This document shows, one piece after another, positions 18,646 through 27,364 of a DNA stretch of 44,198 nucleotides. Below the pieces are notes generated by a model. The model saw only the letters and a list, made by a program, of their open reading frames with translations, was not told the origin of the DNA and made no database searches. How positions within the stretch are numbered: position 1 is the stretch's first letter; each line of letters begins with the position of its first letter. The position numbers were made by a program, and so were the translations under genes. The DNA comes from a virus (lineage: Duplodnaviria; Heunggongvirae; Uroviricota; Caudoviricetes): the IMG/VR virus record IMGVR_UViG_2541047823_000013; one strand, written 5' to 3'.

Positions 18646-19134
18646 TTAGATGCCCGCGCGATCAAGAATAGCTTCTTTCATTTCATCTGCTGCAAGCACC
18701 TCATTTTTTGTTGGGGCGCTTTTTTTCAATTCAGCGATATAGCGCTCCAGTTTTTCAATACGTGATTCAACATCATCTTTTTCTGACCGCAGTGTTGACG
18801 GCGGCATCTTCAGAGCATCAGTAATTCTTCCCGGTAGCTTTCCTTTGTAGGTTATCAACACATCCTGCGCCTCTAAAATTATGGGGCGCTTTTCCGGCAA
18901 CGGTTCGTTCCCTTCACATAACCCGGCAGCAACATCCATGAAAAACTGCTTCGCCTGCTTTTTCGCCTCAGCTTCGTAAAACTCCAGCGTGGCACCTTCA
19001 GTACGGTCAAGACTAATCGCCACATCTGGCAACAACAGCGACGCTTGCCCGTCACCTTCCGGCTTCACAGTAACAGTAACCTTATCCCGGTAATTATTTA
19101 TCCCCTTAACAACCAGTTCATATTTTTTATTCAT
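18646..19134 (-). CDS. hypothetical protein
   Basis: 162-aa ORF directly downstream of the holin gene; no recognisable motif. Confidence 0.5.
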   Translation of the reverse strand: MNKKYELVVKGINNYRDKVTVTVKPEGDGQASLLLPDVAISLDRTEGATLEFYEAEAKKQAKQFFMDVAAGLCEGNEPLPEKRPIILEAQDVLITYKGKLPGRITDALKMPPSTLRSEKDDVESRIEKLERYIAELKKSAPTKNEVLAADEMKEAILDRAGI

Positions 19135-19138
19135 CGCT

Positions 19139-19354
19139 TTACTCTCCCCGCGCCGCCTTACGCCGGTCCTCTCTGATTTTGAAATACAGGTTAGTCAGGT
19201 ACGTCAGCAGCCCAAACAGCAGACTCCCCAGCACGCCTATTGCCGCCCACTGAGACGGGGAAACCCTGTCCAGCAACTGCAGGAACCAGTAGCCCGTTCC
19301 CACCGCTGACGTGGTGTATGACACACCTGTTGTGATTTTTTCCATCTGGTACAT
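19139..19354 (-). CDS. pinholin, S21-like, with dual-start motif
   Basis: 71 aa, [10 protein letters not shown]...[51 protein letters not shown]; two TM segments; Met1/Met4 dual start. Confidence 0.9.
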   Translation of the reverse strand: MYQMEKITTGVSYTTSAVGTGYWFLQLLDRVSPSQWAAIGVLGSLLFGLLTYLTNLYFKIREDRRKAARGE

Positions 19355-19429
19355 ACCCCGTCTCCCGTTATCCGGAAGCTCACAACAACAAGTGGGGCAT
19401 CAGCTCACACCGACACCCCCTGCGCATGG

Positions 19430-19699
19430 TTACATCATCATTTCGCCGTCAGGCTGAGGCTCTTCACTACCGTCAGGCTGAGACCCGACGCCATCTGAAA
19501 CAGTACTGTCATCCGCAATGCCTTCCGGCTCCGGAACCGCTGGTACGCCCAGCAGCTCATCCAGAATGGCATCCACTTCTGCATCAAGACGCGCCTCAAG
19601 GTTCTGGCGGAGTTTCTGTTTCAGTGCGCTCAGGACTTCTTCAGAGCGCAGGACTTCCTTCACTGCCTCAGCAGTGACCAGGGATGTGATTTCTGACAT
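19430..19699 (-). CDS. hypothetical acidic protein
   Basis: Track ORF 19430..19873 probably starts at the internal Met (MSEITSLVTAEAVKEVLRSEEV...); start uncertain. Confidence 0.4.
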   Translation of the reverse strand: MSEITSLVTAEAVKEVLRSEEVLSALKQKLRQNLEARLDAEVDAILDELLGVPAVPEPEGIADDSTVSDGVGSQPDGSEEPQPDGEMMM

Positions 19700-19736
19700 G
19701 GGATTTTCTCGTTGAAAGGTGTTGTCAAGAAAGTGA

Positions 19737-19919
19737 CTACGGAATGAGCGGATCTTCGGGTTTGCTTCCGGCTGACTGACTGGCGCTGATTCTCTCAGCG
19801 GCCCTTTTATCAATCTGCCTGCGCCAGAAATCGCGCACTGCCCTGTACCCACCCGAAAGAAGATACATAACACAGACTGCCGTACAGAAGTACAGCATCA
19901 CCTGATGAATAAATGTCAT
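19737..19919 (-). CDS. hypothetical small membrane protein
   Basis: 60 aa with N-terminal hydrophobic segment VMLYFCTAVCVMYLL. Confidence 0.35.
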   Translation of the reverse strand: MTFIHQVMLYFCTAVCVMYLLSGGYRAVRDFWRRQIDKRAAERISASQSAGSKPEDPLIP

Positions 19920-20055
19920 AATTTCTTACCGTTATGGTTGACAATGAGAACTGTTTTCATTTAAAAAACCGATATACGAAAGCATCTTTTCTTTACATTC
20001 TCCATTGGGATTACCTCCGCCAGCTTCCATTCCTGCCGCTGGCGGCCTTTTTTTA

Positions 20056-22017
20056 TCATGCCGCGGCATCCGCGTTGTTCACTTCCACCTTCACACTGTC
20101 AATCAGCAGCGTATATGTCGCCGCCTTTGATATGCCTGTCAGTTGCAGTTTGTCCGCCGCCCCTGATGCCGGAGATTTCACCAGTGTGAACGGCGTCCCC
20201 CGTTTCTCATCCAGTACCGGCGTCACCTGAATGCTGTTGTTTCCGGCAAACTCAAAAGCCAGTGTGTGCCATCCGTTATCAAAGACCCCGAACGTATCCA
20301 GCTTCGCATTCGGCTTCTTGTGGTGCATCGCGTTCAGGTTCGTCGCATCCGTCTGCAGGAAGAAGGACATCAGCATGTCGTTGCCTTCCTCTGCCAGCGT
20401 CACTCCCTCCGGCAGGGACGACAACTGCCAGTAAATGCCCAGGGCAAACTGATTCGGCACCAGTGAACCCGGCAACTTAAACCGTACGCTCACACGTCCC
20501 CCCTTCTTCAGTAACTCCACTCCCTGTCCGGCTGCATCATGCTCCAGAAACCAGATGTGGTTTTCCGGTTTATTCAGTTGCAGGGCCTTACCTCCCGTAG
20601 CCCCCGCATCACTGACCACCGCTTCAGCAATGTTTTTGTTAACATTGTCTCCGCTCGCCGGTTTGTGATAATAGCGCCAGCCCTGTGATGCCAGGTCTTC
20701 GCCGGACGCCAGCAGACTCATCAGGGTTCGGTTACTGACCGGGGCTTCCGGCTCTCTCTCCGTACCTTCACCGGAAGGTCCGGTGGGCTTCACCGTATCA
20801 GGCTGTTTTCCGGTAATGAATTCAGCGTTTCTCCCGGCATGCACAAGAATCGCCGTTGCCAGACGGTCGGAAATAATCCCACGACGTGCCCATGATCCAA
20901 AATGCGTTTTACGGTCAGCCGTCGTCCAGGTTTTGGCGTCCGTTCGACCACCGGCTCCGTAATACCCAATATCCGCAACATCCGGATCTTCTGACGGCTC
21001 GTTGGTACCCACATTTCGCCCGTTTTCATCCGTCATAAACGGCACAAAGAAGATTTTTTTTGCGGATTTCGTCTTGTATGCACCATACACCGCATCGTAT
21101 TGCGAAGAATAAGTCTGCTTCCAGTAGTAGGTCGTGTCGCCACAAATCCAGGGAACTGATGACGGAGAGCCCCCGAGACACTGACCTCCGAATTCCGACA
21201 GGTCAGAACGATATTTTTCCACCATGGAATCAAACAGCCCCGGCTGAGTGGCGTATGCACCCTGTTTCAAATCAAACTCGCCCTGCATCCAGACCACTGC
21301 AAGCAGAATATTTTTAGGGTTGGCCTTCAGTGCGGCCTGAGTACGGGTAAGCAGGTCCTTGTACAGTGGCTTATCTACACCCCAGCGTGCCGAGGTCTCG
21401 CTTGCGCCGGTGGATTCGCTGAAGGTACCTTCATCGCCCGCCAAAAATGCAGAACCACCACGGCAGCACGGAACCAGAAGAATACCGGCATTCGCCGGAA
21501 TAAACGGCAACAATTTCTTCGCGATATGTAATCCCTGCCCCACGCATCCATACTGAGCTGCGCTGGCTTTCGGGTGTGAAAACTTACTCAAATCCTGAAC
21601 ATCATGCAGGCAGTGGTCCGCAGGAATAATGTCATTGTAGTTACAGGACGCACCACCCGGCGTGACAGTGCTGCGACGCGCCAGCTGTTTAATACGCGGG
21701 TCCGGACGGTCATATGTCTCCGGCAGCGGAAGCCCTTCACCATACGCCATACCGTTTGACTGCCCGGCCAGGGCAACAACAAAGTAATACTCCGGGTTGC
21801 TGGTGGTGCTGATAACTGCGCCTTCTCCATCCGACGGCTTCACCACCACAGGTGTGGTGACATCACCTTCCGCCGCAATGGCCTGCATCAGGGTATAAGG
21901 CGTGATGGCCACCGGACTGCCAAATGGCTGCCACCCCTCCTTCAGTTTTTGTGTCAGTCGTTTCGCAAGGTCTGACGGCGATGCCGCCCTGACCACGTCA
22001 TAGTGTTTAAATGCCAT
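20056..22017 (-). CDS. nanS-p: sialate O-acetylesterase, prophage NanS-p type
   Basis: 653 aa; N-terminal MAFKHYDVVRAASPSDLAKRLTQKLKEGWQPFGSP, SGNH-type GQSNGMAYGEG block, C-terminal beta-rich domain; GGAGG RBS 6 nt upstream. Confidence 0.85.
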   Translation of the reverse strand: MAFKHYDVVRAASPSDLAKRLTQKLKEGWQPFGSPVAITPYTLMQAIAAEGDVTTPVVVKPSDGEGAVISTTSNPEYYFVVALAGQSNGMAYGEGLPLPETYDRPDPRIKQLARRSTVTPGGASCNYNDIIPADHCLHDVQDLSKFSHPKASAAQYGCVGQGLHIAKKLLPFIPANAGILLVPCCRGGSAFLAGDEGTFSESTGASETSARWGVDKPLYKDLLTRTQAALKANPKNILLAVVWMQGEFDLKQGAYATQPGLFDSMVEKYRSDLSEFGGQCLGGSPSSVPWICGDTTYYWKQTYSSQYDAVYGAYKTKSAKKIFFVPFMTDENGRNVGTNEPSEDPDVADIGYYGAGGRTDAKTWTTADRKTHFGSWARRGIISDRLATAILVHAGRNAEFITGKQPDTVKPTGPSGEGTEREPEAPVSNRTLMSLLASGEDLASQGWRYYHKPASGDNVNKNIAEAVVSDAGATGGKALQLNKPENHIWFLEHDAAGQGVELLKKGGRVSVRFKLPGSLVPNQFALGIYWQLSSLPEGVTLAEEGNDMLMSFFLQTDATNLNAMHHKKPNAKLDTFGVFDNGWHTLAFEFAGNNSIQVTPVLDEKRGTPFTLVKSPASGAADKLQLTGISKAATYTLLIDSVKVEVNNADAAA

Positions 22018-22603
22018 GAATCCTCCCGGCCGGGATAATATTGTGAGTAAAATAAGGAGCGGGCTGAAGTCCGGAAGTTACAGGACAATGGCAGAAGAGA
22101 GACGACAGCCCGCAATTCGAAAAAGACCGCGCAGTTGCGCAGCCTTATGAATTCTGGTTAAAATCCATTCGATTATAAAAATGTATATCTCATGCTGTTG
22201 CCCGAACCCACTCGGGCTTTTTTTTGCCCACAAGAAAGCCCCTCCGGAGAGGGGCTAAAGCCGCGTATCTGTATCATCATGCACATGATGCCGGGTGCCT
22301 CCCGGTGAGTTCAGTATCAGCACCTGAACCCGCACAGAAAGGATAAGGGTCGGTGACAAAACACCAGTTGCTGATTGCCCCTCCGCACAGGGGGATTCAC
22401 CATGCCAGTTTCTTTTAACAAATTCGCCGCTAACAGGACAACATTCCGCTTTCTGAGTTGTGAGGAATTTAACACTTCACACCTGTGTGCATTTTCTACA
22501 GGCTGATCCCAGCACCACAATACATCGCAGGCAACAGAAGCCAAATGCCCCACCACAGAAAAAACATGCAATTATGATTATTGTTTACTGCAAAGATGTA
22601 GAA

Positions 22604-23032
22604 TCACGGTTTAAAATCCAGCACTCCATTGTGAAATACTTTATATACTTCCGGAGACGGCGGAACTGGTATATCAGCATGCTTCACCGCATTCATCGCT
22701 TCACGACATAAATCGGGGTCTCCACCTTCTCTTTTAACCTGTAGCAGAAGACCATTCGGGGCCATATACATTCTCAGTGAACACTCTTTTCCTGAATACT
22801 TACTCGCATCCTTTAACTGTTCTTCTATGGCTTTCCTGACCTGAATGGCATACTGCCTGATTTCTTCACTGGCATCAGGGGTACGTTCCGATGAGCTCAA
22901 ATTTTGCGACTTTATTAATTTATCTGAGTGATACAGAGAAGCATCATAATTATTTGTCGATACATCTTTTGTGCAGCCAGTTGTCAGACTGGCTAATATC
23001 AAAACAAGAACTGGTACAGCACGGCAATACAT
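22604..23032 (-). CDS. lipoprotein with TolA C-terminal (domain III)-like module, copy 1
   Basis: 142 aa; signal peptide plus lipobox-like MYCRAVPVLVLILASLTTGC; C-terminus GKECSLRMYMAPNGLLLQVKREGGDPDLCREAMNAVKHADIPVPPSPEVYKVFHNGVLDFKP resembles the TolA C-terminus as I recall it. Confidence 0.75.
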   Translation of the reverse strand: MYCRAVPVLVLILASLTTGCTKDVSTNNYDASLYHSDKLIKSQNLSSSERTPDASEEIRQYAIQVRKAIEEQLKDASKYSGKECSLRMYMAPNGLLLQVKREGGDPDLCREAMNAVKHADIPVPPSPEVYKVFHNGVLDFKP

Positions 23033-23310
23033 TTATCCATCTCCATATTAACAAGAACAATTATCTATAAAATATAGTAAATATGCGGGATCCGGGAGGA
23101 CTTGTAACTATCATCTCCGGATCAGCATGTAGTTTTTATTTTTCCGGATGATATATGCCGCAATAATACCTCTGCATACAGATGCCTGCAAATATCTGCG
23201 AAGCATCCGGCGAGAATAAACAAGGAAGTCTGAGGCTATCTTATATGATAGCCTGTTGCTCAAAAGACAATGATTCACTCATCAGAACCAACAACGCATA
23301 ATGCAGATAA

Positions 23311-23387
23311 TGGACCGCCATCGAGGACTCGAACCCCGCGCAGCCAGCTTCGAAGGCTGGCGCTCTATCCCGATGAGCTAATGGCGG
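23311..23387 (-). tRNA. tRNA-Arg (anticodon UCG), copy 1
   Basis: 77-nt cloverleaf drawn by hand: acceptor CCGCCAT/ATGGCGG, D-arm GCTC/GAGC, anticodon loop CUUCGAA, T-arm with TTCGAGT, 3' CCA encoded. Confidence 0.75.
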
Positions 23388-23396
23388 TATGTGATA

Positions 23397-23472
23397 TGGT
23401 GGCCCTTGCTGGATTTGAACCAGCGACCTGGCGATTATGAGTCGCTCGCTCTCACCACTGAGCTAAAGGGCC
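23397..23472 (-). tRNA. tRNA-Ile2 (anticodon CAU, lysidine type; ileZ/ileX-like), copy 1
   Basis: 76 nt GGCCCTTTAGCTCAGTGGTGAGAGCGAGCGACTCATAATCGCCAGGTCGCTGGTTCAAATCCAGCAAGGGCCACCA; very close to E. coli tRNA-Ile2 as I recall it. Confidence 0.85.
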
Positions 23473-23512
23473 GGGCGCAGGATAATAACGGTACGTAACT
23501 AATTCTGCAATA

Positions 23513-23851
23513 TCATCCGTTCTGACTGACTAAATCCTGAACTTCCCGAACCGTCTGCTCAAAACGTTCAGTCTCCAGCTCAACGCCTGTAGCACGACGG
23601 CCCAGTGCCAGTGCAGCTTTAACTGTTGAACCTGACCCCATAAAAAAATCTGCAACCAGGTCACCCGGACGACTGCTTGCGCTGATTATCTGCTGCAGCA
23701 TTTCTGCCGGTTTTTCGCACGGATGTTTCCCGGGATAGAACTGCACCGGTTTATGCGTCCAGACATCGGTATACGGCACCTGCGCCGTCACGCCAAAATA
23801 CCGCCGCAGTCGGCATTCACAACCACCAGCGCATTTAACGTTCAGGCACAA
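23513..23851 (-). pseudogene. DNA methyltransferase remnant (C-terminal part of an N6/N4 beta-class MTase), copy 1
   Basis: Only the HPCEKP ... DFFMGSGST(V) SAM-binding end is present; the N-terminal catalytic region is absent and the frame is closed by a stop about 70 nt upstream. Confidence 0.6.
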
Positions 23852-23880
23852 AAAAACCCGCTCGACGGCGGGTTTAAGCT
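23852..23880 (-). terminator. intrinsic terminator-like hairpin, copy 1
   Basis: ACCCGC-TCGACG-GCGGGT stem-loop followed on the minus strand by T7. Confidence 0.5.
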
Positions 23881-24301
23881 GTGTGACGAAGTAACCACTC
23901 TTAACAGCATAACCAATTTTTTACGTACGTAAACTACTAAATGATATTTGTGAGAATGCCACCGAGTGTTCAAAACACCACCACAAATACATAAGAAAAC
24001 TTCAACAAATAACCAATGAATAATTTCCGATGTTATTTTTAGGTTGTTTAAATTAAGCCAAAAAATTATAGGGTACTTATAAATAAGTGTCATTAATATA
24101 AATTAGCTAATAGATTTATTTTTGTTCAAACAAGAGCCATGAATAGGATTAGATAGAAAAGGTTCAGATAAAAATAGAGATCTACGTCAAAAATTAAATG
24201 AGAAACTAAAACTTACATCTTGAAATAATCACATTGATTAGATGAATATTTATCGCGCAGTGACATCATTTTTTTATAATAGTTCAAAAAAAGGGCGTAC
24301 A

Positions 24302-24850
24302 ATGAAAAAATTAACAGTGGCAATTTCTGCTGTAGCTGCATCAGTACTGATGGCGATGTCTGCTCAGGCAGCTGAAATTTATAATAAAGACAGTAACAAG
24401 CTGGATCTATACGGGAAAGTTAATGCCAAGCACTACTTCTCCTCTAATGATGCAGATGATGGTGATACTACTTATGCTCGTCTTGGCTTCAAAGGTGAAA
24501 CCCAAATCAACGATCAACTGACTGGTTTCGGTCAGTGGGAATATGACTTCAAAGGCAACCGTGCTGAATCTCAAGGTTCTTCCAAAGACAAAACCCGTCT
24601 TGCATTTGCAGGCCTGAAATTTGGTGATTACGGCTCAATCGATTACGGCCGTAACTTCGGTGTAGCATACGACATCGGTGCGTGGACTGACGTCCTGCCA
24701 GAATTCGGTGGTGACACTTGGACTCAAACCGACGTGTTCATGACTCAACGTGCAACTGGTGTTGCAACTTATCGTAACAACGACTTCTTTGGTCTGGTCG
24801 ATGGCCTGAACTTTGCTGCTCACTGCCCGGCCAGGGCAACAACAAAGTAA
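24302..24850 (+). pseudogene. truncated porin fragment (codons 1 to ~173) fused to 9 out-of-context codons at the duplication junction
   Basis: Same start, signal peptide and upstream region as the intact porin at 27365; diverges after ...NFAA into HCPARATTK and stops. Confidence 0.8.
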
Positions 24851-25080
24851 TACTCCGGGTTGCTGGTGGTGCTGATAACTGCGCCTTCTCCATCCGACGG
24901 CTTCACCACCACAGGTGTGGTGACATCACCTTCCGCCGCAATGGCCTGCATCAGGGTATAAGGCGTGATGGCCACCGGACTGCCAAATGGCTGCCACCCC
25001 TCCTTCAGTTTTTGTGTCAGTCGTTTCGCAAGGTCTGACGGCGATGCCGCCCTGACCACGTCATAGTGTTTAAATGCCAT
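24823..25080 (-). pseudogene. duplicated 5' fragment of nanS-p (first 86 codons)
   Basis: Identical to 21760..22017; ends at a TGA created by the junction. Confidence 0.8.
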
Positions 25081-25666
25081 GAATCCTCCCGGCCGGGATA
25101 ATATTGTGAGTAAAATAAGGAGCGGGCTGAAGTCCGGAAGTTACAGGACAATGGCAGAAGAGAGACGACAGCCCGCAATTCGAAAAAGACCGCGCAGTTG
25201 CGCAGCCTTATGAATTCTGGTTAAAATCCATTCGATTATAAAAATGTATATCTCATGCTGTTGCCCGAACCCACTCGGGCTTTTTTTTGCCCACAAGAAA
25301 GCCCCTCCGGAGAGGGGCTAAAGCCGCGTATCTGTATCATCATGCACATGATGCCGGGTGCCTCCCGGTGAGTTCAGTATCAGCACCTGAACCCGCACAG
25401 AAAGGATAAGGGTCGGTGACAAAACACCAGTTGCTGATTGCCCCTCCGCACAGGGGGATTCACCATGCCAGTTTCTTTTAACAAATTCGCCGCTAACAGG
25501 ACAACATTCCGCTTTCTGAGTTGTGAGGAATTTAACACTTCACACCTGTGTGCATTTTCTACAGGCTGATCCCAGCACCACAATACATCGCAGGCAACAG
25601 AAGCCAAATGCCCCACCACAGAAAAAACATGCAATTATGATTATTGTTTACTGCAAAGATGTAGAA

Positions 25667-26095
25667 TCACGGTTTAAAATCCAGCACTCCATTGTGAAAT
25701 ACTTTATATACTTCCGGAGACGGCGGAACTGGTATATCAGCATGCTTCACCGCATTCATCGCTTCACGACATAAATCGGGGTCTCCACCTTCTCTTTTAA
25801 CCTGTAGCAGAAGACCATTCGGGGCCATATACATTCTCAGTGAACACTCTTTTCCTGAATACTTACTCGCATCCTTTAACTGTTCTTCTATGGCTTTCCT
25901 GACCTGAATGGCATACTGCCTGATTTCTTCACTGGCATCAGGGGTACGTTCCGATGAGCTCAAATTTTGCGACTTTATTAATTTATCTGAGTGATACAGA
26001 GAAGCATCATAATTATTTGTCGATACATCTTTTGTGCAGCCAGTTGTCAGACTGGCTAATATCAAAACAAGAACTGGTACAGCACGGCAATACAT
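25667..26095 (-). CDS. lipoprotein with TolA C-terminal (domain III)-like module, copy 2
   Basis: Translation identical to 22604..23032. Confidence 0.75.
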   Translation of the reverse strand: MYCRAVPVLVLILASLTTGCTKDVSTNNYDASLYHSDKLIKSQNLSSSERTPDASEEIRQYAIQVRKAIEEQLKDASKYSGKECSLRMYMAPNGLLLQVKREGGDPDLCREAMNAVKHADIPVPPSPEVYKVFHNGVLDFKP

Positions 26096-26373
26096 TTATC
26101 CATCTCCATATTAACAAGAACAATTATCTATAAAATATAGTAAATATGCGGGATCCGGGAGGACTTGTAACTATCATCTCCGGATCAGCATGTAGTTTTT
26201 ATTTTTCCGGATGATATATGCCGCAATAATACCTCTGCATACAGATGCCTGCAAATATCTGCGAAGCATCCGGCGAGAATAAACAAGGAAGTCTGAGGCT
26301 ATCTTATATGATAGCCTGTTGCTCAAAAGACAATGATTCACTCATCAGAACCAACAACGCATAATGCAGATAA

Positions 26374-26450
26374 TGGACCGCCATCGAGGACTCGAACCCC
26401 GCGCAGCCAGCTTCGAAGGCTGGCGCTCTATCCCGATGAGCTAATGGCGG
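26374..26450 (-). tRNA. tRNA-Arg (anticodon UCG), copy 2
   Basis: Duplicate of 23311..23387. Confidence 0.75.
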
Positions 26451-26459
26451 TATGTGATA

Positions 26460-26535
26460 TGGTGGCCCTTGCTGGATTTGAACCAGCGACCTGGCGATTA
26501 TGAGTCGCTCGCTCTCACCACTGAGCTAAAGGGCC
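26460..26535 (-). tRNA. tRNA-Ile2 (anticodon CAU), copy 2
   Basis: Duplicate of 23397..23472. Confidence 0.85.
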
Positions 26536-26575
26536 GGGCGCAGGATAATAACGGTACGTAACTAATTCTGCAATA

Positions 26576-26914
26576 TCATCCGTTCTGACTGACTAAATCC
26601 TGAACTTCCCGAACCGTCTGCTCAAAACGTTCAGTCTCCAGCTCAACGCCTGTAGCACGACGGCCCAGTGCCAGTGCAGCTTTAACTGTTGAACCTGACC
26701 CCATAAAAAAATCTGCAACCAGGTCACCCGGACGACTGCTTGCGCTGATTATCTGCTGCAGCATTTCTGCCGGTTTTTCGCACGGATGTTTCCCGGGATA
26801 GAACTGCACCGGTTTATGCGTCCAGACATCGGTATACGGCACCTGCGCCGTCACGCCAAAATACCGCCGCAGTCGGCATTCACAACCACCAGCGCATTTA
26901 ACGTTCAGGCACAA
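26576..26914 (-). pseudogene. DNA methyltransferase remnant, copy 2
   Basis: Duplicate of 23513..23851. Confidence 0.6.
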
Positions 26915-27364
26915 AAAAACCCGCTCGACGGCGGGTTTAAGCTGTGTGACGAAGTAACCACTCTTAACAGCATAACCAATTTTTTACGTACGTAAACTAC
27001 TAAATGATATTTGTGAGAATGCCACCGAGTGTTCAAAACACCACCACAAATACATAAGAAAACTTCAACAAATAACCAATGAATAATTTCCGATGTTATT
27101 TTTAGGTTGTTTAAATTAAGCCAAAAAATTATAGGGTACTTATAAATAAGTGTCATTAATATAAATTAGCTAATAGATTTATTTTTGTTCAAACAAGAGC
27201 CATGAATAGGATTAGATAGAAAAGGTTCAGATAAAAATAGAGATCTACGTCAAAAATTAAATGAGAAACTAAAACTTACATCTTGAAATAATCACATTGA
27301 TTAGATGAATATTTATCGCGCAGTGACATCATTTTTTTATAATAGTTCAAAAAAAGGGCGTACA

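Larger units (their letters stand above)
21760..24822. repeat. tandem duplication, copy 1 (3,063 bp)
   Basis: Identical apart from at least one SNP (24592 A vs 27655 C) to 24823..27885. Confidence 0.9.

Noticed and set aside
22317-22711. Overlapping 84-aa minus and 83-aa plus ORFs between the TolA-like gene and nanS-p (also in the second copy)
   Set aside because: Mutually antisense, Cys/Trp/His-rich, no RBS, and lying in a hairpin-rich intergenic region; more likely regulatory DNA than genes
23033-23310. Possible third tRNA beside the Arg/Ile pair
   Set aside because: Only simple hairpins were found; no cloverleaf with a T-loop or acceptor stem could be drawn by hand
22018-27364. Shiga toxin genes expected between Q/tRNAs and nanS-p in this layout
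   Set aside because: No ORF here resembles an A subunit (~320 aa) or B subunit (~90 aa); the space holds the TolA-like lipoprotein, tRNAs, methyltransferase remnant and porin
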